Shown here: piece by piece, positions 31,381 through 41,700 of the stretch | Layout of the letters: every line of letters starts with the position of its first letter | Numbering within the stretch: position 1 is the first letter of the stretch | Sequence record: PP337211 | Source of the DNA: Escherichia phage ERS-1 | Strand: one strand, 5' to 3' | Length of the DNA stretch: 64,000 nucleotides | Notes under the pieces: generated by a model | The model's database searches: none | Seen by the model: the letters and a program-made list of their open reading frames with translations, nothing else | What the model was told of the DNA's origin: nothing | Made by a program: the position numbers and the translations under genes

Positions 31381-31460
31381 GTTGAGGTGCGATCTTGTTC
31401 GACCGTGAGAGAAATCTTAACCCTGCCCCCGAAGAAGTAAAGTGGTTTGACTAAACTTTT
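31381..31460 (-). promoter_or_regulatory. lower-GC intergenic island with sigma70-like elements (TTTACT-17-TAAGAT on the minus strand) and a TTGACT/T-run motif resembling the islands
   Basis: Read on the minus strand upstream of the 31363 start. Confidence 0.3.
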
Positions 31461-31949
31461 TCAGTTTCCCGTCCGAAGGCCAGGTGCCCGTTGGACGGCG
31501 GAGGGCGAACCGTTGGCGCCTCTTCCCAGAAGGCCCGGGCGGCGTCTCGTGCCCTGTTCTCCTGTACCAATGGTTGCGCCCCGAGGTGTGCGGGAACCCA
31601 GCGACCTCGAAGCCCCAGCGATGTTGGGTTGCACTGGTGGAAGTCCAGGTGCTGGGCCGGGTAGCCGAAAGCCTCTGCGACGTTCCGCCCAACGAGGATG
31701 ACGTGCCGACCGCCCAACAAGGGCTTCCCTCGCGGCTGCGGGCCCCGCGTCCCGGGCGGGCCGCTGTCGTCCCGCTTCCAGCGCCCCGGGAAGGTGTGGA
31801 GCAGGTGGTGCGGTCGAAGGTCTTGAGGTAGTCCTTGGGCGATAGGCCTGCCTGCTCGCCCGACGCCCTCCCGCGGAGGACCGCGGAGGGGAGCCAGGGG
31901 CCGGTCCGGGTCCGCGTTAGGTCCTGGCGCTGGCCGATCTGGGCTTGTT

Positions 31950-33400
31950 CGTTCTTTCGGGCACATTTCTCTGGGTGACGTTCTGTTTGAGGTCCGCTCC
32001 GGCACCGGGATGGCCCTTTGAGGGCGTCCCGGTTGGAGTACCCGGTGGTGATCTGGGTGATCACCGCCTTTGGCTTGTCTTTGCACCTCCGTCCGGTGGC
32101 CGGTCGATGCGGTCGGCTTGCCGGCTCCTCCGCCGGGCGTCCGCTTCGGCTCGCCGCCGTCATCCTTCACCCGAGGATGCCCACCGCTTCCCGCCAGCGG
32201 AAGGTCGTGCAGCCCTTCGCCCCGCCTTCCCGGCGCCGCTGTCTCGAAGTCCTCCCGCTGATGTCGGAGCGCCGCTCGCTCGCCGCGGAATCGACCCGCT
32301 GGGCGGCGACGGTCGGGCGGCGACGTGTTCCTGGACGGTGACGCGGGAGCGCCTTGCCGCGGACCCGACGCGGTCCGCAGTCCTCCCTCCCCCGCGCCGC
32401 GGGCCGCTGAACTCGATTGCGGTGCGGTCGAAGCTGTAGGCGAGTCGCTTCGGTCCCGGAGCTGACGTTGTCGGCCCAGGCTGACGGTCCCGGTCGGGGC
32501 GATGGAAGTGAGGTGGGAGTTGCGGATGCCGTATTTGGCGATGGCGTCCTGCGTCCTCGCGGAGGGTCTTGATGAACTGGCCCTGAAGGTACTTGTCCTT
32601 GTCGAACTTCGGGAAGGAGCCCTTGACCTTGGCGATGTGGGCGCTGGCCGTAGGGCTGCGCCTGCGTGTTGGTACCCTTGCCTCGAAGGCGAGGAAGGCG
32701 GGCGAACCGTACGATGGCCTGGGCTTCGGCAGCGTTGGCCAGGCCGGTGATCCCGAGGCCCTTGCGGCGCTTGTCCTTGGCTTCCTGCTTCTGCGCGGCG
32801 GTAGATCGCGCGATCGTACCGTTGTGCCATTGCGTGGACCTTCCTGCGGGATGTCCTCGCGGAACTGGTCCCGTCGAAGGCGTAGTGGCCCGCCCCGTCC
32901 TCTAAGATGTACTTTACCTGTTGAAGGAGCCGGTGGTGCCGTAGGGCGGTAGGGTTGTCGTCCGTGGGGTTCGTGGCGGCGATGGTCTTGGGTTGGGCGT
33001 CGTTTGCGGTTGATCGCGTCGATGAACTTACGTCCCCGGCTCTGCCGGGTTGCCGGCTCGTGGCGATTGCGTCCTGGCGCCCGGGCGTCCGCTTCGCGGT
33101 AGGTCCGGCCCTCGAAGGTGAGGGGAACGGCTCGCCGGAGGCGACGCCGGCGCTGTCGGTGATGGCGACGGAGACGTTGAAGCCTGTTGCTTCTGGTCCG
33201 CTGAAGGGGATGATGGCCGCCGCTTCTCGGGGCTCCCTCCGGGAGTCGGTCCTCGAGGTCCGAGCGGCTGAACGTCCTTCCCGGGTCGCTTGGCGTGACG
33301 AACTCCTCGATGTCGGGATGGTCCGCGCATCACCCCCCCCGGGCTCCGCGGCGATGGCCGGCAGGAGGCGACGCACTGGGATCGCGTCGAAGATGTGCAT
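31950..33400 (-). pseudogene. ribonucleotide reductase large subunit (class I or II, NrdA/E/J-like), frame-disrupted
   Basis: Minus-strand motif AKYGIRNSHLTSIAPTGTVSLG at 32474-32533, then ADNVSSGTEA and RLAYSFDRTAIEF in shifted frames, resembling the conserved YGIRNSLL..APT...EP...Y.RR...GEF region of class I R1 proteins as I remember it; gene bounds uncertain. Confidence 0.45.
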
Positions 33401-33799
33401 GAAGCTGATGGGGCCGGAGGAGTGGGACTGGAGCTTGCGGATCAGGTCGCCGCGAGGACGGAGGGTGCTGAAGTCAGGCCGATCCCGCCGCCCTTCCCGG
33501 TTGTGGCCTGCGGCTTCCGCGGCCCGGATTGACGGAGCCTTCGCCGTCCGCTTGAAGCTGTCGTTGATCGTCCCGGAGACGTAGCCTGTCCGTATGGCGT
33601 GACCTGGCGAGTGGAGCCCGTCGCGGACCGGATGCGGCCCGCCGGGAGGAAGTGGTACGCCTGCGAGGGCGTCCCGGAAGTCCGCGAAGTGCTGGTCATT
33701 GTCCTTCAGGGCCGCGGCGATCCGGTTCGTGGCCTCGCGGAAGGACTCGCCGCTGCCGCGGTACTTCTGGGCGTGTAGTTCTGTGAGTAGGGTACTTGA

Positions 33800-35650
33800 G
33801 GACCTGTCGGTGAGTCTCCTCGAAGGGTTGAGGGCTTTCTATCGTGTTGTTGCTCCTGTTCTTGGGCTAGGCGGTGAACGAGGTCGATGCGTTCCGCGGC
33901 CCGGGTAATGGCGGTGTACAACCCTTTCCTTCCGGCTCCTTCCCGTACCCCGTCCGGGGTGGCAGGACGTTGTTCCTTTGGGAGCCCTGCGACTTGTGGA
34001 CGGTGAGCGCACCTGCCCTGTCGAACTCCTCCGCGCCTTCCGCTCCCAGACTTCGGCTTGTTGCCGTGGAAGTAGTGGGGGTGGGCGCTGACTTCGACCT
34101 TCGCGCCGTCCTCGCCTTCGATGTCCTTGATGGAGTCGCTGTTGAAGATCGTGTCACGGCGGACCTTCCGGCTGGCCGTCGAGCAGGCCCGCCCTTCGTG
34201 GTCGTGAGGGGCCTTTGCCGTCGCCTTCCTGGGTGGGCGCGTCCGCCCGAGGAGTTCCCGGGACGTCGTCGCTCGTGATTCTCGTGGCGTTCCTGCCGGG
34301 TCAGGAGCTGGTCGGTGGACAGTACCATGTCCCGGAGTTCTTCGCGTGGTGGCGGCCATAGGAATCACGCGGCTGGCACCGTAGTCGCCGGGGGCGGAGC
34401 ACGCGGCCCTCGCGGACCTCCTTGGAGGTCCGGTCATCGGGTTGTCCTGGGCCTGGCGGTGAATCTCCGCGAGGACGTCGGGCTTGTCTTGAAGCAAGGG
34501 CGCTGCCGGGCGGGAGCTGTCCGGGATCGCCCGGGTGAGGACCGGTGCCGAAGTGAGGCCCTCCCCCCCGCCTGCCCGGACGGCGGAAGAATTCGCTTGC
34601 CGAGCGCGGCCCTCCAACCTGGGCGACTCCGCGTTGAGCTGGAAGGTCGGGCGGGCGAGGTTGATCTGCTCCGCCTTGATCGCCGGATCGACTTCTCCGG
34701 TCAGGGTTTCCGGGACGGGCTTGCGAGTGAGTAGCCGCGCCCGCTCCGCTTGGAGTTCCCTGGCGCTGCTGCGACTTGTCCTTGGGCGTGTAGATGAAGC
34801 TGCGAATGGTAATTCTCCGTTGGTCGCCCCGGACTTCGTGAGGACGTGAGCGGCCTTGCCGGTGTAGGCGGCGAAGGTGCCGGGACCTTTGACGGTCGCG
34901 GCGAGGTGTTTGGCCGGGTGGCCTGCCGGTTCCGGCGTACCCGGCGAGCTGGAAGGCAGGGCTTGTCCCGGGTCTTGACGTTGCCTGTCCTGGTTGGCGC
35001 GGTCTGCTGTTGGCGTACTCCGCGATGACCGTTCTCCGTTTCTGATAAGAAGGGGGGCCCTTGAAGGCCCCTGAAGGCACGCCGAGGGGGCGGGCCGTCC
35101 GGGCTGGTCCTCCCGGGTATCGGGTTGGCTGCCGCCGCCTGCGCCTGGGCTTCTCGTCGCGGCAGCCGGAGCTGGCGACGGGCGGCGCGGGCCTTGCCCT
35201 GCTGATCGTCGATTCGATGTCGGCGGACTGGAACAGCGGGTCATCGGGCAGGAGGCGAGCCGTGGGCGTTCTCTCGCCGTCGAAGGCGATGGTGTCCTGT
35301 TGAAGAAGGGCCCTTGTCGTCTGTCGGCTCGAGGCGGTAGCGGTGGGCGGCTGCGGAGCCGGGATGCGGCGACCGTCCCGGAATCCTGGATGGTCTTGGC
35401 CTTGTACCCTCTGCCCTTGTACTTCTTGATCTTCGTGGAGCCGAAGGCCCGACCGCTTCCCAGGCGTTGCCGCTGTTGCGCGTGCCGGCCCCGGTGGTGT
35501 AAGGTTCCGATTGGCTCGTTGCCGTCCGGGGGTGCTGCAGCTGCCGTGCTCGAGGACGCGGCCTTGGCGGTTCGCCGGGTCGCCGTCGACTCTGGGATGC
35601 CCGTTGCACCGCCGCCGCATCGCGGGGCTTCCACCACCGCACGTGCTGGG
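33800..35650 (-). pseudogene. RecD/TraA-like superfamily 1 DNA helicase, frame-disrupted
   Basis: Motif I LAGYAGTG (34926-34949), Ia FAAYTGKAAHVL (~34838-34870), V LTVHKSQGSQ (33975-34007), VI GLYTAITRA (33901-33921) in correct order and spacing but three different frames. Confidence 0.6.
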
Positions 35651-36640
35651 TGGTCGCCGGGACGAAGGCAATGCCCTTCTTGCCGTCCCAGACTTCGCCG
35701 GTCACCGGTGTTCGTGTACCCCGCCTGGCGGTGCTTGTCGTTCTCCTGGAGCTGCGGGCTGAGGGCCTGAAGAATCTGGAGGAACGGGATGCTGTAAGTT
35801 GTCGCTGGTCCGGCTTCTCGAAACCCGCGCCCAGCCGTGCTGTGCCCTGGCCTCGCCGCGGCGGTGTTGTCTTTGTCGCCAGCGGTGGTCTTGCTATCGG
35901 TCTTGGCCCGGCGGCGCTGGCTCCTTCGGTTCGATGTGAGCGGGGCCGATTGGGCCCCCGGCTCGAATAGCCCTGCCGTCTGCCGGTGTACCCGCCATCG
36001 CCGCGGGGCGGTTGTAGGAAGGCCCGGGCCCGCCTCCTTCTGGGTCGTCACTTGGACGCTGACCACGGACCCCGAAAGGTTCTGGGACTTCCTGCCTTCG
36101 CTGTGGCCTCGCCGGCACGAAAGTGGTAGGGTTGAAGGATGGACGCTGGCGTTTGTCGTCGCCCGAACTCGTCCGCGAGACGCTGGCGGTTCGCTGCCTT
36201 CCCGCCTCGCCCTTGCCAAGGCGACTGGCGACCCGGCGCTCGATCAATCGCGGGCGTGGCCGTGCTCGCTCAGCTCAGGCGAAGGCGAGCGGGGCCTTGG
36301 CCTTCGGATGCTGGCGCCATCGTCTGCGGAATCCTTGATCTTCGGCTGGCGGTGGTCTTGGAGCTGCGGTATGCCGATCTGGTCCTCAAGTTTGGTACCC
36401 GGCGCTCCGCGATGTCGCGGAGTTCTTCGCGGGCCTTGTTGAGCTGGGCTTCGAGGCTGCGACCTTCGACGGGCGGCCTGTTGTTTGGCCCGCTGAGCCA
36501 GTTGGCGTGGCTTGACTCCGGCGGCTCGAGGTCTGTCTGGACGCGTTTTCCTTAGGCGTGGTTCTCCGTTTCTTCGGCGAGGGTATTTGTATCGCTGAAG
36601 AAGTATAGCCGGTTGTTGCAAGAAGTAGAGGCCCAGGCGT

Positions 36641-37171
36641 TCACCGTGACCAGCGTTGGTCCTTGCCGCTCCGCTTGGAGGGATACGTCCCTTCGGTTGG
36701 TGTCCGCGGCGATGGCGACGGCGAACCCGATTGGGACTGGATCGCCCTTTGAAGGTGGTCCCCCGGCCCCGAAGCTTCGGCCGCTTCTCTTCGGTTTGGA
36801 ATGATTCGGCTCCGGCGGAAGGGGCCGCGGTCGGGCGGCGGGGCACCGGCCTTCCAACTCCTCCGCCGGCGAGGTTGAATTGGGCTCGAACCGCTGCTGT
36901 CGCGGTCCCTGCGGTGTTGGTCGGTGGCGGCTGACGGCTGGTAGTCTTGTGGTCCTGTCTTCCAGGCGGTCGCCGGTGATCTGGCTCGTCCCCGTTGAAT
37001 TTGTTCCTCAACGTTTTCCACCTTTCCTTCCCCTCGCAGTTCTCTGCCCTTGAGGTCGATGTACCCGCCGTTGTCGGTCTGTCCGATCCGGCGGGCGCGG
37101 CTCCTCCGACCAAGGCGGTCATTGAGCTTGAAGCTGTTGGAATAATAAATGACCGTCTTGGCCGCGGTCAA
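36641..37171 (-). pseudogene. hypothetical protein; N-terminal 60 codons protein-like in a locally lower-GC stretch
   Basis: ORF track translation MTAAKTVIYYSNSFKLNDRLGRRSRARRIGQTDNGGYIDLKGRELRGEGKVENVEEQ... Confidence 0.3.
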
Positions 37172-38699
37172 GGTGTCCGTGCCCGTCGCCCCCGCCGCGG
37201 GATCGCCCTGGCCGTCGCGGGCCCGCTCCTCCGGCGGACGGCCTCCGCCCGATCACCTGCCCGTTATGGTACAGGGGCGCTCGCCCTGGAACCTGGGCCT
37301 CGGCGTCCGCCCGCTCGTTGCGTTTCCCCTGCCGTTGGCCGGACCGCGCCGACGCCGCGCTCGCGGAGGGCGTCCGGATTGCGGCGATGCCGCTTTGCAA
37401 CTGGGCCCGGTCGATGCCCTTGCGCGGACTCCTCCATCAATTAGGTGCCGGGCGACGGTTCGGCCCCGCAATTCGGGTACCTTGGGTTCCGCTTCGTCGG
37501 TCGGGAGGTAGCTGTGATCTGCTGGAGGCGGAGGAGCCGGGTGATGGCGAGGGCGGCGATGACCGGGGCGGGGCCCTCCGCGCCCGTTGGGGGCGTCCCC
37601 GTCGGGTCGGTAGATGGAAGCGGTTGGGTTTGCCGCCGTTTGCCCGGCCCGTCGGTGCGTCTCGGCGACGGCTCGCGGCGACCGCTTCCGCGTCCCGGCT
37701 CACCCTGTTTCCCGCCCCTGTCATGTACTCGTCCGTGCTGGTGATATGCTTGCCCTGCTCCGGGGGTCCGTTTGGGAGAACTGCTCGCCGGTACTGTCGG
37801 CCGGGAGGTCTGGTGCGCCTCCCTTCGTGACCCGGGAGGAGACGGGCTGGAGTAGGGCGGTCGCGTGTCGGGCGGCGAGAGCCCTTCTGCCGTCCGTCTC
37901 CGCCTTCGTTCTTCTTGGTCTTTGGCTTGAAGGCGGTCGGGTCCTGCTCTTCCGGTCGTGAAGTGCTGTCTTGAACTCCGTGAAGGTGCCCTAGCGGTTG
38001 GGCTTCTGTAGTTGTTGTTTGTCCACCATCTCGGCTGTACAGGTGTTGAAGGGTCCCGGCTGTCGGAGTCCCGGCTGGGACCTGCCCTGAACGGCGCGTA
38101 CTTCGCGGAGCGGAGGATGGCAGCTGGTGCGCTCCGCGGTCGGGTCTTGATGCAGCGCGCCTTCCCTGACGTAATGTAGGCGGCGCTTGTCCAAGAAGTC
38201 GGTTGGCCCGCTTCCCGGAGGTGGTCAAGGCTTCAGGCGATGGCGGAGCCTGGTGAAGCCCTCGTGCTCGATGACGGCCTTGACCGCCTGCTCGTGCCCT
38301 TGGTGTCGGCCTTCGGGCTCTGGTAGTGGAAGGCCCGGACGTGCTTGATCGCGTTCGGGTACGTGGTCCGGAGATTCCCTCTCAACCCAGTTGCGGTGCA
38401 CGCTGTTCGGGCGACCACCTCGCTGTCGATGAGCCGCGGAGCCAGAGCCAGAGGCGGTGTCGATGGTCAGCTTGGACTTGCCGGCGCCCTGTTCCCGGAA
38501 GATCGCGCGGGCTTCTTCTTCGCGGGAGCGTGTCACTCCTCGCGCTGGCGGTTGAAGGGTTCGGCTTGAAGGGGTATTGGAGGGCGGCCTCATTTCTCGG
38601 CGATGCCCGGAAGATAGCCCAGCTGGGCGGCGAAGGCGAGCGGAGAATCATGTGCGCTTGGGAGGGGGGCCCAACGCTCGACTTCGTGTGCTGAAGAAG

Positions 38700-38795
38700 T
38701 ATGAAGTGGAGAGGCAGTGGAAGCCCTGTGGGGCTGGGGGTTTATATATTCTTCTTCTTCTTCTTTAACTCACTCAACTTACTTACCTTAACCCC
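38700..38795 (-). promoter_or_regulatory. island 2 (inverted): GGTTAAGGTAAGTAAGTTGAGTGAGTTAA + (GAA)5 + TATATAAA on the minus strand
   Basis: Same motif grammar as islands 1 and 3 but a different microsatellite; flanks are not clearly homologous to those of islands 1 and 3. Confidence 0.65.
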
Positions 38796-41700
38796 CGCAC
38801 GGCCTCTTGGAACCTAGGCAACGGTCGCCGGTCGCCTCCCTGGGGGTCCCGGCGATTTATCGGGCGAAGTAGAACTGAACTGGAGAAGTGAAGTAACCTA
38901 AGCGAGGAGGGTCGGAGCTGTTACGGCGCTGGGCCTTCCATGGCGCTTGGGGCTCAGACCTTCGGGCGTGAAGGTAAGTATCCCAGCGTTCTCATTTGCG
39001 GAACCTCTCCTTGAGGCCCAGGAGGATCGGGGAGACCAGGCTGCAGAAGAAGATGCCCAGCAGTGGCACGGTTCCCCTTCCGCTCCTGTCCTCCCCGGAC
39101 TCGCGCCACTGGCGGAGGTGTTGGAAGTCCCTCTGGCGGCCAGCGGCTGCACGTGTTGGCCCGAGCTGGACTGTGTTTGCTTCACGGCTTCTGCCGCTTA
39201 CGCTGTTGGCTCCGCGCGGACGGCCCGGCTTCCGCGGCTCGCTTCGCCGCGTCCTCGCGGTAGCTTCGCCGCCCGGGTCTGTGGCCGGGCGGCGATGTCT
39301 TCGACTTGCTCCGGGCGGGGGTGTCGGTCCTGCGCGGGTCACCTCGGCTGTACTCCACGGAGTCCGGGCCCCTGGGGGTTCAGATGGCCTGTCCTGTCCG
39401 CGTCCTTCCCCTGCGAGCCCGTGGACCGTGTCGGCTTGCCGGGTGGTGTCGAGTATCGGCCCCCGATCCGGAGGCGGCGCCGCCGCCGGCGGCTTCGCGG
39501 TCGTGCCGTAGCCGCGGAGGAACTTCCCGCGCCGCCGTGCCGGTAGGCGCTGTTGGCATCCTCCGGCGGAAATGGTCCTCCCCTTCTTCGGCGAAGACTT
39601 CTGCCGTCGCCGCGCTCGAATAGCGCGCGATCCGTTGGCCCGTACCCGGTTGTTCGTGCCGGTCGGGCTCGCCGGGCTAGGCCATGCTCCCCGTCCGCGG
39701 GCGAAGCCGGTTGGGCGGTCGTGGTCGCGGACTTCGCGTGGCCCTTAGAAGGCCGTCGGTCCTGGCGGAGGAAAGACTGAAATTGGTTGTAGGGCGCTGG
39801 TCCCCCAGCGCGCCGTTCCCTTGATGCCCGTTCGGGCCGTCACTGATAGCCGTTGGGACCTTCGGTACAGTTTGGGTATGTTCCCGAGTCGCTGTTCCCG
39901 GTGCGACGTGGGATCGGTAGCTGTCCTGGCCGTCGCGGACCGCCGTGACCTCATCCGTTCCGGCCGCGGCGTTCTCCGTCGCCTCGTCGGTCGGTTTCTG
40001 CCGGCGCCGGTTGTGCCCGGCTCCGATTTTCGGGAGCGCGCCGCCGTTGGCCGCGTAGATGTCCGCGGTAGGTGTACCCGGCTCCGGCGATGTTCGCCGC
40101 GGAGTGGTCGATGACGGATGGATCCGCTGCGGTCCGGTCGCGGTGTGCCGGGTACAGGCTTGTCTCTCCGAGGATAGCCGAAGGATACTGGAGAACTGCT
40201 TTGCCGGAAGTTCCCGGGAGCGTAGGGGCGCGCGAAACGGCTACCAGCGCCTTCGAGTCCTCCGGCGGGCGGAGGTGTCCTACGCCACCCGGACTGGCCG
40301 GCCCTTCGCGGCGATGGTCTCGCCGCCTGTTATACGGAGCCGGTCGGCGCGCGGGCGTCCTCCGCGGAACGGAAACTGCGCCCCGGCTGCGCGTTCCGCG
40401 CAGACGAAGAATCGAAAGCAATCCCCACCCTGTCACTGACCCGTTCACCAGGTCGATAGCGTCCCTTGCCTGCGATTTCGTTGTCGGTTGCCGTCCACCG
40501 CTCCGTGGGGTTCGGTGCGGGAGGGCCTGGTTGGACCTGCTGGATGGAGGTCTGTATGGGCGTGATCGCGTTCGTCCTGGCCAGCGTGCGCCGCGGGGTC
40601 GCCGGTGGCCGCGTATGCGTAGGACCCGCCCGTGGCTTGTCCCTGGTCGGGGCTCTGGAGGTACTGGCGGGCTTGCCCTTTGCCGATCCAAGGCGGAGGC
40701 GTTGTCCAGCGCCTGGAGCTCGCCGAGGCTCGTTCGCCAAGTTGGAACAGTTCGCCTCCTCCGTAACGGCGGAGGGCGAACGGGTTGGGCGCTTGAACCG
40801 GGTCCTCTGCCGAGCCCTGGTTGCCCGTAGGTGGAGGACGGAAGGCCAAGGCTCGGTTGTGCTCCGCCGCATTCACCCGCTGGGCCGGTCTGCAAGTTCA
40901 CCCGAGGCCGCGGAACCATGTCGGCGAGGTGGTGCTGGTCCTGTAGAAGCGGTGCCACTTGGGCGTGTTGGCGCGTTCCGGCTTCCCCGCATGTGACGCG
41001 TGCGAAGGGGGTGGACTTCTGGGGAGGCTGCACCCGTGTTCGCTGCGTTCGCCGCGGTGCTTCATCCCTGGACAGTTCGCCGTCTGGCTCGCCACGCTCG
41101 TTGGGCTTGAATCGCTGCGAGGTCCTGGACGGGCCGGAGTTGCTCTGTGGAGCCTTGCGGACGGTAGGTTGTCGTGATTGTCGGTTTCTGCAGAGCCCGG
41201 GCGCTCGAGGACTCTGCTGGATCCGCGTCGGACTCGTCGCAACCTGCGGAGGTCGCTGCCAGCCTCGCCAAACCGCTTTGCCCCTTAATCGACCAGTTGT
41301 CGGTTGCGTGTAGGCAGGTTGCGGCTGGGTGGTGGTGTTGTGTACACGAAGGACTGATGGAGCTCCTGCTCGTCCGTCAATTCGGTCCAGGCGGCCGGCT
41401 CTTCCCGCGCTAAGGCAGGTCTGCCGCGCGAAAGGGGCGTCGTCGCGCGTTGATCCGGTACTCCGTCCCAGTCCGGGTTCGTCTGCTGTTCTCCGTGCAT
41501 GACGTGGGGGCGGGGTTCGCTGAGCCGTTGACGTCCCGCCTTCGCCGGATACTTGGCCTTGCCCGGAGGCGCTTCGCCTTTTGGCGCCTGGCCTTCCGAT
41601 AGGTGGCGGCCTGGCGCCCCTTCCGAAGGTCTGCCAGCACGCCCCGGAAGGCCCGGTATGACCGTGCCGAGTTTGGACTGGAGGTAGACTGTTCGCGGCC

